This document shows, piece by piece, positions 8,792-17,519 of a stretch of DNA of 26,079 nt. Source of the stretch: a virus. Taxonomy: Duplodnaviria > Heunggongvirae > Uroviricota > Caudoviricetes. The notes under the pieces were generated by a model, which was not told the origin of the DNA, ran no database searches, and saw only the letters and a program-made list of their open reading frames with translations. The number at the start of each line of letters is the position of its first letter. Position 1 is the first letter of the stretch. The stretch covers positions 1 through 26,079 of IMG/VR virus record IMGVR_UViG_2698536454_000020; one strand, 5' to 3'. Made by a program: the position numbers and the translations under genes.

Positions 8792-8997
8792 TTGAAAAGA
8801 AAACTGATTTGTGTTATGGCTTTTTGGGGGCGTTGCTGGCTGGTTGTAATGAGAGTAATAAAAAAGAAGTTGAGGGTTGTATTGAAAGAGGTGTCCAATA
8901 TTTTATAGAGATTGGTTCTTACCCTAAATTAAGTGATGGGCGTGATGCTGTGAAAGTTGCTACTGAACGTTGTAATAGAACAATAACGGCTTTCTGA
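8792..8997 (+). pseudogene. Small lipoprotein gene (~70 aa) interrupted by a -1 frameshift in a T5G5 homopolymer run (8821..8830)
   Basis: AGGAG at 8781..8785 then TTG 8792; frame 2 gives MKRKLICVMAF..., frame 1 continues ...LGALLAGCNESNKK... to the stop at 8995..8997. One extra T would give a textbook lipoprotein signal peptide with LAGC lipobox. Confidence 0.4.
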
Positions 8998-8999
8998 TA

Positions 9000-9917
9000 A
9001 TGGATTATACGAGCTATATAATAGGGCAGCTTCAGGTTGAGGATATTATTGATGCAATTAAAGGCGTTAATAATACTAATGTCATAAAAGATTATGTGCT
9101 GCCTGTAGTATTACCAATTATATCTTCTGTGCTGAGTTACTTTATTGCAACTAGGTTGTTTTATCGGCAGGAGTACCTTAAAGCACAAAGAAGAAAGGTA
9201 AGCGTTGTAAATAAATGTATTTATGACTACTTTTCTGCAATGACAACGTTGTTGCAAATTAAAGGGAATTATTATGGTGGGGTAAGTATAAGTGAAAATC
9301 CTATCGAGAGGGCTTTAGCTTTTCCTGTTGTGGTTTTTTCTGGTGCTCCTCTATCATCAGATTTAAGTGAGTTGGCCTGTATATTGAGTCAAAAGGGAGT
9401 AGGGAATAATAGAGAGACAGCAAAGACTACTAACTGGGGGGATGCTTTTGCTGTTAGTGATATAGCAAGAAGGTTTAACAGCCTATTGGCTGCATTAAAT
9501 GTTAGGAATGATTTTGATGACACCTATAGAGGAATGATTATTGAATCAACAGGTTCACCTTTGCCTACGATGCGTTTTAAAAATGATGATATTGTTAATG
9601 CTATAGGTAGTAATAAGGCAGCTTATTACATTGATATTACTGAGCAAATAATGATTATGATAGATGTTTTGTTGCTTGATATTAATCTGTTGCTCAAAGA
9701 GTTGCCATTGTATGCTGAATCGCTGTTTGACAAAAGAGTAATGCAAGAAGATTCAGGGATTCTTAAATTCAATGATTTGCACGAACGTTTTCCTCTACTT
9801 ATGAAACCTGTAACGCCACCTTCGATTAAACTCATGTCTGATTATTTGGGGTACAGTGAAGATGAGATCTTACGACGCTATCCATACCCGTTCTTTAATA
9901 TGCATGATTGTGAATGA
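9000..9917 (+). CDS. Hypothetical membrane-anchored protein, 305 aa, one N-proximal TM helix, no recognisable domain
   Basis: ORF track; ATG overlaps the lipoprotein gene stop region (TGATAATG), implying co-transcription; hydrophobic segment VLPVVLPIISSVLSYFIAT; AT-rich codon usage. Confidence 0.6.
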   Translation: MDYTSYIIGQLQVEDIIDAIKGVNNTNVIKDYVLPVVLPIISSVLSYFIATRLFYRQEYLKAQRRKVSVVNKCIYDYFSAMTTLLQIKGNYYGGVSISENPIERALAFPVVVFSGAPLSSDLSELACILSQKGVGNNRETAKTTNWGDAFAVSDIARRFNSLLAALNVRNDFDDTYRGMIIESTGSPLPTMRFKNDDIVNAIGSNKAAYYIDITEQIMIMIDVLLLDINLLLKELPLYAESLFDKRVMQEDSGILKFNDLHERFPLLMKPVTPPSIKLMSDYLGYSEDEILRRYPYPFFNMHDCE

Positions 9918-10021
9918 ATGTGCATATGTCAGAAGCCGTTTTTATTGTCAGTTATCGTCAGTGCTGGCGCGCTCTTGGAGTGTTCATGCAACTGCATTAA
10001 AACCGCCCCACGAAGCGGGCG

Positions 10022-10040
10022 GGCGAGGCGGGGAAAGCAC
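10022..10040. other. Candidate cos site (P2-type 19-nt cohesive end GGCGAGGCGGGGAAAGCAC)
   Basis: Exact 19-mer present in a GC-rich gap between the island and portal gene Q, where cos lies in a P2 prophage; the cos sequence is recalled from memory, not searched. Confidence 0.5.
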
Positions 10041-10170
10041 TGCGCGCTGGCGGTGGTGATGATTGTCTGAGCGCGTCGTGATGGCGTTTAGATTGTGCGC
10101 CGGGGCGTTGGTGTGTCTGCGGGGTGTTTTGTACAGTGGCGAGCGTGTGAGGGCGTGATGACGGGGGTGT

Positions 10171-10192
10171 AAAAAAGCCGCCCGCAGGCGGC
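10171..10192 (-). terminator. Rho-independent terminator downstream of Q on the minus strand
   Basis: Plus strand shows AAAAAA then GCCGCC-CGCA-GGCGGC; on the minus strand this is a GC hairpin followed by TTTTTT, immediately after the Q stop at 10198..10200. Confidence 0.55.
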
Positions 10193-10197
10193 GATGT

Positions 10198-11232
10198 TCA
10201 GCCGTTGTCAGTGTCCAGTGAGTAGTTTTTAAAGCGGATGACCTCCTGACCGAGCCAGCCGTTTATTTCCCGAATCCTGTCCTGTAACGGGATAAGTTCA
10301 TTGCGGACAAAGACCTTTGCCACTTTCTCAATATCGCCCAGCGACCCGACGTTTTCCGGCTTGCCACCCATCAACTGAAAGGGGATGCGGTGCGCGTCCA
10401 GCAGGTCAGCGGCGCTGGCTTTTTTGATATTAAAAAAATCGTCCTTCGTGGCCACTTCACTGAGCGGGATAATTTTAATGCCGTCGGCTTTTCCCTGTGG
10501 GGCATAGAGAAACAGGTTTTTAAAGTTATTGCGGCCTTTCGACTTCACCATGTTTTCGCGGAGCATTTCGATATCGTTGCGATCCTGCACGGCATCAGTG
10601 ACGTACATGATGTATCCGGCATGTGCGCCGTTTTCGTAATACTTGCGGCGGAACAGCGTGGCCGACTCATTCAGCCAGGCCGAGTTAAGGGCGCTGAGAT
10701 ATTCCGGCAGGCCGTACAGCTCCTGATTAATATCCGGCTCCAGCAGGTGAAACACGGAGCCGGGCGTGAAAGGTGTCGGCTCGTTGAAGGACGGCACCCA
10801 CCAGTAAACATCCTCCTCCACCCCACGGCGGGTATATTTTGCCGGTGAGGTTTCCAGTCTGATGACCTTACCGGTGGTGCTGTATCGCTTTTCCAGAAAC
10901 GCATTACCGAACACCAGAAAATCCAGCACAAAGCGGCTGAAATCCTGTTGCGAAAGCCACGGGTGCGGGATAAACGTTGAGGCCAGAATATTACGTTTGA
11001 CGTAAATCGGGGAGCTGTGATGCACGGCAGCACGAAGGCTTTTTGCCAGCCCGGTAAAGCTGACTGGTGGCTCATACCATCTGCCGTTACTGATGCACTC
11101 GACGTAATCCAGAATGTCACGGCGGTCGAGTACCGGCACCGGCTCGCCAAAGGTGAATGCCTCCATTTTCGGGGCGCTGGCGGTCATTGTTTTTGCCGCT
11201 GGTCGCGGTGTTTTCCCTTTTTTCTTGCTCAT
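10198..11232 (-). CDS. Q: Portal protein (P2 gpQ-like), 344 aa
   Basis: 344-aa ORF, same length as P2 gpQ; adjacent to and co-oriented with the large terminase, divergent from O. Confidence 0.88.
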   Translation of the reverse strand: MSKKKGKTPRPAAKTMTASAPKMEAFTFGEPVPVLDRRDILDYVECISNGRWYEPPVSFTGLAKSLRAAVHHSSPIYVKRNILASTFIPHPWLSQQDFSRFVLDFLVFGNAFLEKRYSTTGKVIRLETSPAKYTRRGVEEDVYWWVPSFNEPTPFTPGSVFHLLEPDINQELYGLPEYLSALNSAWLNESATLFRRKYYENGAHAGYIMYVTDAVQDRNDIEMLRENMVKSKGRNNFKNLFLYAPQGKADGIKIIPLSEVATKDDFFNIKKASAADLLDAHRIPFQLMGGKPENVGSLGDIEKVAKVFVRNELIPLQDRIREINGWLGQEVIRFKNYSLDTDNG

Positions 11233-13004
11233 CAGTAAAACTCCAGAATGGTGGATGTCAGCGGAGTGCTGATACCGGCGGTGAGTGGCTCATTTAACAG
11301 GGCGTGCATGGTCGCCCAGGCGAGGTCGGCGTGGCTGGCTTCCTCGCTGCGGCTGGCCTCATAGGTGGCGCTGCGTCCGCTGCTGGTCATGGTCTTGCGG
11401 ATAGCCATAAACGAGCTGGTGATGTCGGTGGCGCTGACGTCATATTCCAGACAGCCACGACGGATAACGTCTTTTGCCTTGAGCACCATTGCGGTTTTCA
11501 TTTCCGGCGTGTAGCGGATATCGCGCGCGGCGGGATAGAACGAGCGCACGAGCTGGAACACACCGACACCGAGGCCGGTGGCATCAATCCCGATGTATTC
11601 AACGTTATATTTTTCGGTGAGTTTGCGGATGGATTCAGCCTGGGTGGCAAAGTCCATGCCTTTCCACTGGTGACGCTCAAGTATTCTGAATTTGCCACCG
11701 GCCACCACCGGCGGTGCCAGCACCACGCATCCGGCACTGTCGCCACGGTGTGACGGGTCGTAACCAATCCATACCGGGCGGGAGCCGAACGGATTCGCGG
11801 CAAACGGCGCATAGTCTTCCCATTCTTCCAGTGTGTCGACCATGCAGCGTTGCAGCTCCTCGAACGGGAACACCGACGCCTTGTCGTCAACAAATTCACA
11901 CATGAACAGGTTTTTAAAATCGTCGGCGCTGTTTTCGCGTTTGAGCTGCTCAATGTCGAACAGCGTGCAGCCGCCTTTCAGGGCGTCCTCAATGGTGACA
12001 ATCTGCCGCCACTGGCCGTCCGCACAGAGAAGACCTCCGGCAAGGGCGTTATGACTGACGTCGATTTCCACGCGTTCGGCGGCGCTGGCGCGTCCCCGGT
12101 TAAACAGTTCACCCGACCAGAACGGGTAGGCGTCGTGCGCCAGCGTGGACGGGGTGGAGAAATAGGTCGAACGCAGGTGACTCTGTGAGGCCATACCTGA
12201 TGCCACCTTACGCAGTACCTGAAAATTCGGGATCCAGAAAATCTCGTCGACGTACAGGTCGCCGTTATGGCTCTGTGCGGTGTTGGAGTTGGTGCCGAGA
12301 AAAATCAGTTTTGCGCCGTTATTGCCCAGGACAATCGGGTCACCGGTCAGGTCAACGTCAACCAGCCGGGCAAAGGCGATGATGTATTCGCGGAACACAT
12401 ACGCCTGCGTTTTACTGGCTGACAGAAAAATCTGGTTATGACCGGTTTTCAGGGCGCGCAGCAGCGCCTCGCGGGAAAAATAAAACGTTGCGCCAATCTG
12501 GCGGGATTTCAGGATATCGCGGATGCGGTGCTCAAGCCCGGCGCGATACCAGTGCAACTGATAGTCGAAAGACTGCTCAAAGAAAATCTGCTCCAGCTTT
12601 TCGATGGCCTCGTCACTGAAAAAATTCTTTTTCGGTTTGCGCCGCCCGCCTTTGTTGCGGTTAGCAACGTTCGGATTAAGGTCTGCCTCGTTGCCGGTCT
12701 GACTGTAACGGTTGACCCGTGCCAGTCGTTCAATCTGGCGTCCGAGCAGGTCAATTTCCTTGAAGTCACCGCCGGTTTTCTGCGGTTTGATGATGAGCTG
12801 GGTCAGTCGCGCTTCCAGACTCATTTCGACACGGCTGATGGGGGCAACGCTGTCCCAGCCGTCGCGCTGTTTCCAGCTCTGCACCGTCGGGCGTTTCATC
12901 TGCAACATGGCGGCAATCTGCGGCACGGAAAATCCCTGCCAGTACAGCAGCGCCGCCTGACGACGCGGGTCGTGTAAAAGAGTGGTGTCTGTGGTGATGG
13001 TCAT
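11232..13004 (-). CDS. P: Terminase large subunit (P2 gpP-like), about 590 aa from the ATG at 13004
   Basis: ORF track 11232..13034; internal Met (MTITTDTTLLHDPRR...) at 13004 matches the remembered gpP start and gives the P2 length. Confidence 0.88.
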   Translation of the reverse strand: MTITTDTTLLHDPRRQAALLYWQGFSVPQIAAMLQMKRPTVQSWKQRDGWDSVAPISRVEMSLEARLTQLIIKPQKTGGDFKEIDLLGRQIERLARVNRYSQTGNEADLNPNVANRNKGGRRKPKKNFFSDEAIEKLEQIFFEQSFDYQLHWYRAGLEHRIRDILKSRQIGATFYFSREALLRALKTGHNQIFLSASKTQAYVFREYIIAFARLVDVDLTGDPIVLGNNGAKLIFLGTNSNTAQSHNGDLYVDEIFWIPNFQVLRKVASGMASQSHLRSTYFSTPSTLAHDAYPFWSGELFNRGRASAAERVEIDVSHNALAGGLLCADGQWRQIVTIEDALKGGCTLFDIEQLKRENSADDFKNLFMCEFVDDKASVFPFEELQRCMVDTLEEWEDYAPFAANPFGSRPVWIGYDPSHRGDSAGCVVLAPPVVAGGKFRILERHQWKGMDFATQAESIRKLTEKYNVEYIGIDATGLGVGVFQLVRSFYPAARDIRYTPEMKTAMVLKAKDVIRRGCLEYDVSATDITSSFMAIRKTMTSSGRSATYEASRSEEASHADLAWATMHALLNEPLTAGISTPLTSTILEFY

Positions 13005-13177
13005 GAATACCTCGCCGTGATGAATACACGGCAAGGCTACTGAGTCGCGCCCCGCGATTCGCTAAGGTGCTGTTGTGTCAGTGATAAGCCATCCGGGACT
13101 GATGGCGGAGGATGCGTATCGTCGGGAAACTGATGCCGACATGTGACTCCTCTAATCACTATTCAGGACTCCTGACA
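13005..13177. promoter_or_regulatory. Divergent late-promoter region between P and O (expected activator-dependent late promoters)
   Basis: Position only: divergent P and O operons as in P2; no activator site was located with confidence. Confidence 0.3.
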
Positions 13178-14032
13178 ATGGCAAAAAAAGTCTCAAAATT
13201 CTTTCGTATCGGCGTTGAGGGTGACACCTGTGACGGGCGTGTCATCAGTGCGCAGGATATTCAGGAAATGGCCGAAACCTTTGACCCGCGAGTCTATGGT
13301 TGCCGCATTAACCTGGAACATCTGCGCGGCATCCTGCCTGACGGTATTTTTAAGCGTTATGGCGATGTGGTCGAACTGAAGGCCGAAAAGATTGACGATG
13401 ATTCGGCGCTGAAAGGCAAATGGGCGCTGTTTGCGAAAATCACCCCGACCGATGACCTTATCGCGATGAACAAGGCCGCGCAGAAGGTCTACACCTCAAT
13501 GGAAATTCAGCCGAACTTTGCCAACACCGGCAAATGTTATCTGGTGGGGCTGGCCGTCACCGATGACCCGGCAAGCCTCGGCACGGAATACCTGGAATTC
13601 TGCCGCACGGCAAAACACAACCCCCTGAACCGCTTCAAATTAAGCCCTGAAAACCTGATTTCAGTGGCAACGCCTGTTGAGCTGGAATTTGAAGACCTGC
13701 CTGAAACCGTGTTCACCGCCCTGACCGAAAAGGTGAAGTCCATTTTTGGCCGCAAACAGGCCAGCGATGATGCCCGTCTGAATGACGTGCATGAAGCGGT
13801 GACCGCTGTTGCTGAACATGTGCAGGAAAAACTGAGCGCCACTGAGCAGCGCCTCGCGGAGATGGAAACCGCCTTTTCCGCACTTAAGCAGGAGGTGACT
13901 GACAGGGCGGATGAAACCAGCCAGGCATTCACCCGCCTGAAAAACAGTCTCGACCACACCGAAAGTCTGACCCAGCAGCGCCGCAGCAAGGCCACCGGTG
14001 GTGGCGGTGACGCCCTGATGACGAACTGCTGA
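13178..14032 (+). CDS. O: Capsid scaffolding protein (P2 gpO-like), 284 aa from the ATG at 13178
   Basis: ORF track 13112..14032; internal start MAKKVSKFFRIGVEGD... matches the remembered gpO N-terminus and length. Confidence 0.85.
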   Translation: MAKKVSKFFRIGVEGDTCDGRVISAQDIQEMAETFDPRVYGCRINLEHLRGILPDGIFKRYGDVVELKAEKIDDDSALKGKWALFAKITPTDDLIAMNKAAQKVYTSMEIQPNFANTGKCYLVGLAVTDDPASLGTEYLEFCRTAKHNPLNRFKLSPENLISVATPVELEFEDLPETVFTALTEKVKSIFGRKQASDDARLNDVHEAVTAVAEHVQEKLSATEQRLAEMETAFSALKQEVTDRADETSQAFTRLKNSLDHTESLTQQRRSKATGGGGDALMTNC

Positions 14033-14090
14033 CCGGCGTCAGTCAGTCCGGGAAAACCTTCACGATTAACCCTTAATTTCAGGAAAAACT

Positions 14091-15164
14091 ATGCGCCAGG
14101 AAACCCGCTTTAAATTTAATGCTTACCTGTCCCGTGTTGCCGAACTGAACGGCATCGACGCCGGTGATGTGTCGAAAAAATTCACCGTTGAACCGTCGGT
14201 CACCCAGACCCTGATGAACACCATGCAGGAGTCCTCTGATTTTCTGACCCGCATTAATATTGTGCCGGTCAGCGAAATGAAAGGGGAAAAAATTGGTATC
14301 GGTGTCACCGGCCCCATTGCCAGCACCACCGACACCGCCGGTGGCACCGAGCGTCAGCCGAAGGACTTCTCGAAGCTGGCGTCCAACAAGTACGAATGCG
14401 ACCAGGTTAACTTCGATTTTTATATCCGCTACAAAACGCTGGACCTGTGGGCGCGTTATCAGGATTTCCAGCTCCGTATCCGTAACGCCATTATCAAACG
14501 CCAGTCCCTTGATTTCATCATGGCCGGTTTTAACGGCGTGAAGCGTGCCGAAACCTCTGACCGCAACAGCAATCCGATGTTGCAGGATGTGGCGGTCGGC
14601 TGGCTGCAGAAATACCGCAATGAAGCCCCGGCGCGTGTGATGAGCAAGGTCACTGACGAGGAAGGCCGCACCACCTCTGAGGTTATCCGCGTGGGTAAGG
14701 GCGGTGACTATGCCAGCCTTGATGCACTGGTGATGGATGCGACCAACAACCTGATTGAGCCGTGGTATCAGGAAGACCCTGACCTTGTGGTGATTGTGGG
14801 ACGTCAGCTACTGGCGGACAAGTATTTCCCCATCGTCAACAAGGAGCAGGACAACAGCGAAATGCTGGCCGCTGACGTCATCATCAGCCAGAAACGCATC
14901 GGCAACCTGCCGGCGGTACGCGTCCCGTACTTCCCGGCGGATGCGATGCTCATCACGAAGCTGGAAAACCTGTCCATCTACTACATGGATGACAGCCATC
15001 GCCGCGTGATTGAGGAAAACCCGAAACTCGACCGCGTGGAGAACTACGAGTCAATGAACATTGATTACGTGGTGGAGGACTACGCCGCCGGTTGTCTGGT
15101 GGAAAAAATTAAGGTCGGTGATTTTTCCACACCGGCTAAAGCGACCGCAGAGCCGGGAGCGTAA
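14091..15164 (+). CDS. N: Major capsid protein (P2 gpN-like), 357 aa
   Basis: 357-aa ORF in the syntenic position after O; same length as P2 gpN. Confidence 0.88.
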   Translation: MRQETRFKFNAYLSRVAELNGIDAGDVSKKFTVEPSVTQTLMNTMQESSDFLTRINIVPVSEMKGEKIGIGVTGPIASTTDTAGGTERQPKDFSKLASNKYECDQVNFDFYIRYKTLDLWARYQDFQLRIRNAIIKRQSLDFIMAGFNGVKRAETSDRNSNPMLQDVAVGWLQKYRNEAPARVMSKVTDEEGRTTSEVIRVGKGGDYASLDALVMDATNNLIEPWYQEDPDLVVIVGRQLLADKYFPIVNKEQDNSEMLAADVIISQKRIGNLPAVRVPYFPADAMLITKLENLSIYYMDDSHRRVIEENPKLDRVENYESMNIDYVVEDYAAGCLVEKIKVGDFSTPAKATAEPGA

Positions 15165-15167
15165 CCG

Positions 15168-15911
15168 ATGACGAGTCCCGCACAGCGCCACATGATGCGG
15201 GTCTCGGCAGCGATGACCGCGCAGCGGGAAGCCGCCCCGCTGCGACATGCAACTGTCTATGAGCAGATGCTGGTCAAGCTCGCCGCAGACCAGCGCACAC
15301 TGAAAGCGATTTATTCAAAAGAGCTGAAGGCCGCAAAAAAACGCGAACTGCTGCCGTTCTGGTTGCCGTGGGTGAATGGCGTGCTGGAGCAGGGCAAAGG
15401 TGCACAGGATGACATTCTGATGACGGTCATGCTGTGGCGTCTGGATACCGGCGATATTGCCGGTGCGCTGGAGATTGCCCGTTATGCCCTGAAGTACGGT
15501 CTGACCATGCCGGGTAAACACCGCCGCACCCCGCCGTACATGTTCACCGAGGAGGTGGCACTTGCGGCCATGCGCGCCCACGCTGCCGGTGAGTCTGTGG
15601 ATACCCGCCTGCTGACGGACACCCTCGAACTGACCGCCACGGCTGACATGCCTGATGAAGTGCGCGCAAAGCTGCACAAAATCACCGGTCTGTTTCTGCG
15701 TGACGGTGGTGATGCCGCCGGTGCGCTGGCGCACCTGCAACGTGCGACACAGCTCGACTGTCAGGCAGGCGTCAAAAAAGAGATTGAACGACTGGAGCGG
15801 GAGCTGAAACCGAAGCCGGAGCCGCAACCCAAAGCGGCCACCCGCACTCCGCGTAAGACCCGGAGCGTGACACCGGCAAAACGTGGACGCCCGAAAAAGA
15901 AAGCCAGTTAA
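15168..15911 (+). CDS. M: Terminase small subunit / endonuclease subunit (P2 gpM-like), 247 aa
   Basis: 247-aa ORF, same length as P2 gpM; basic C-terminal tail (KRGRPKKKAS); synteny. Confidence 0.85.
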   Translation: MTSPAQRHMMRVSAAMTAQREAAPLRHATVYEQMLVKLAADQRTLKAIYSKELKAAKKRELLPFWLPWVNGVLEQGKGAQDDILMTVMLWRLDTGDIAGALEIARYALKYGLTMPGKHRRTPPYMFTEEVALAAMRAHAAGESVDTRLLTDTLELTATADMPDEVRAKLHKITGLFLRDGGDAAGALAHLQRATQLDCQAGVKKEIERLERELKPKPEPQPKAATRTPRKTRSVTPAKRGRPKKKAS

Positions 15912-16010
15912 CAACCGAATGCGCCCCGCGCCAGGGCGGCACGCCGGTCAGTGAGGGTGAATCACCTGACACTGCACCGGCGTCCACCGCCCGACTTTTC
16001 AGAGGTAGTC

Positions 16011-16520
16011 ATGATGACGCTGATTATTCCGCGAAAGGAGGCTCCCGTGTCCGGTGAGGGTACGGTGGTCATCCCGCAACCGGCAGGCGACGAGCCGGTG
16101 ATTAAAAACACGTTCTTTTTTCCCGATATCGACCCGAAGCGCGTCCGGGAACGTATGCGCCTTGAGCAGACCGTCGCCCCCGCCCGTCTGCGTGAGGCCA
16201 TCAAGTCAGGCATGGCGGAGACGAATGCGGAGCTGTACGAGTACCGCGAACAGAAAATTGCCGCCGGTTTTACGCGTCTGGCGGACGTTCCGGCGGACGA
16301 CATCGACGGTGAAAGTATCAAAGTTTTTTACTACGAGCGCGCCGTGTGTGCGATGGCGACCGCGTCGCTTTATGAGCGTTATCGCGGCGTGGATGCCAGT
16401 GCGAAAGGAGACAAGAAGGCCGACAGCATTGACAGCACCATTGATGAACTGTGGCGGGATATGCGCTGGGCGGTGGCGCGTATCCAGGACAAGCCGCGCT
16501 GCATCGTGAGTCAAATCTGA
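16011..16520 (+). CDS. L: Head completion protein (P2 gpL-like), 169 aa from the ATG at 16011
   Basis: ORF track 15951..16520; internal start MMTLIIPRKEAP... with AGAGG Shine-Dalgarno gives the P2 gpL length. Confidence 0.82.
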   Translation: MMTLIIPRKEAPVSGEGTVVIPQPAGDEPVIKNTFFFPDIDPKRVRERMRLEQTVAPARLREAIKSGMAETNAELYEYREQKIAAGFTRLADVPADDIDGESIKVFYYERAVCAMATASLYERYRGVDASAKGDKKADSIDSTIDELWRDMRWAVARIQDKPRCIVSQI

Positions 16521-16723
16521 TGAAGACCTTTGCGCTACAGGGCGACACGCTCGACGCCATTTGTGTCCGCTATTACGGGCGCACTGAGGGCGTGGTTGAG
16601 ACCGTGCTCGCCGCAAATCCGGGACTGGCTGAACTGGGTGCGGTGCTGCCACACGGCACCGCCGTCGAACTGCCCGACGTTCAGACCGCGCCCGTGGCTG
16701 AAACTGTCAATCTGTGGGAGTAA
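16520..16723 (+). CDS. X: Tail protein X-like (67 aa)
   Basis: MKTFALQGDTLDAICVRYYG...; start overlaps the L stop (ATGA); 67 aa as in P2 gpX. Confidence 0.78.
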   Translation: MKTFALQGDTLDAICVRYYGRTEGVVETVLAANPGLAELGAVLPHGTAVELPDVQTAPVAETVNLWE

Positions 16724-16726
16724 CGC

Positions 16727-17008
16727 ATGACAGCAGAAGAAAAAAGCGTCCTGTCGCTTTTCATGATTGGGGTGCTGATTGTTGTCGGCAAGGTGCTTGC
16801 CGGTGGTGAACCCATCACCCCGCGTCTGTTTATCGGGCGCATGTTGCTCGGTGGTTTTGTCTCGATGGTTGCCGGTGTTGTTCTGGTGCAGTTTCCTGAC
16901 CTGTCACTGCCTGCGGTGTGCGGTATCGGCTCCATGCTGGGTATCGCCGGTTATCAGGTGATTGAGATTGCCATTCAGCGCCGTTTTAAGGGCAGGGGGA
17001 AACCGTAA
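16727..17008 (+). CDS. Y: Holin (P2 gpY-like), 93 aa
   Basis: 93-aa ORF with hydrophobic TM segments and a charged C-terminus (RRFKGRGKP), immediately upstream of the endolysin. Confidence 0.8.
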   Translation: MTAEEKSVLSLFMIGVLIVVGKVLAGGEPITPRLFIGRMLLGGFVSMVAGVVLVQFPDLSLPAVCGIGSMLGIAGYQVIEIAIQRRFKGRGKP

Positions 17009-17505
17009 TGCCGGTAATTAACACGCATCAGAATATCGCGGCCTTTCTCGACATGCTGGCCGTGTCCGAAGGGACGGCGAATCATCCGCTGACGAAAAAC
17101 CGGGGCTATGACGTGATAGTCACCGGACTGGACGGGAAGCCGGAAATTTTCACTGACTACAGTGACCACCCGTTCGCGCATGGCCGACCGGCGAAGGTGT
17201 TTAACCGTCGCGGTGAAAAATCCACGGCCTCCGGTCGCTATCAGCAGCTTTACCTGTTCTGGCCGCACTACCGCAAACAGCTTGCCCTGCCGGATTTCAG
17301 TCCGTTGTCACAGGACAGGCTCGCCATTCAGTTGATCCGCGAACGCGGTGCACTGGATGACATCCGGGCGGGACGCATTGAGCGCGCCATTTCACGCTGT
17401 CGCAATATCTGGGCGTCCCTGCCGGGAGCCGGTTACGGTCAGCGTGAGCATTCACTGGAAAAACTGGTCACCGTCTGGCGTACCGCTGGCGGCGTACCGG
17501 CTTAA
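17008..17505 (+). CDS. K: Endolysin (P2 gpK-like), 165 aa
   Basis: 165-aa ORF, same length as P2 gpK, between holin and lysA/lysB. Confidence 0.82.
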   Translation: MPVINTHQNIAAFLDMLAVSEGTANHPLTKNRGYDVIVTGLDGKPEIFTDYSDHPFAHGRPAKVFNRRGEKSTASGRYQQLYLFWPHYRKQLALPDFSPLSQDRLAIQLIRERGALDDIRAGRIERAISRCRNIWASLPGAGYGQREHSLEKLVTVWRTAGGVPA

Positions 17506-17519
17506 ACGGAGTAAACACC

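Noticed and set aside
8611-8898. 95-aa minus-strand ORF in the AT-rich spacer
   Set aside because: Low-complexity translation, overlaps the Shine-Dalgarno and start of the lipoprotein gene on the other strand, no ribosome-binding site; likely a chance ORF in AT-rich DNA.
10390-11753. Several long ORFs in alternative frames or antisense to Q and P (10390..10848 +, 10671..11150 -, 11304..11753 +, 11498..11953 -)
   Set aside because: They overlap well-supported portal and terminase genes; long spurious ORFs are expected in GC-rich coding DNA, and they lack Shine-Dalgarno sequences and recognisable features.
15315-15914. 199-aa ORF antisense to terminase small subunit M
   Set aside because: Arg/Gly-rich low-complexity translation typical of the antisense strand of a GC-rich gene; fully overlaps M.
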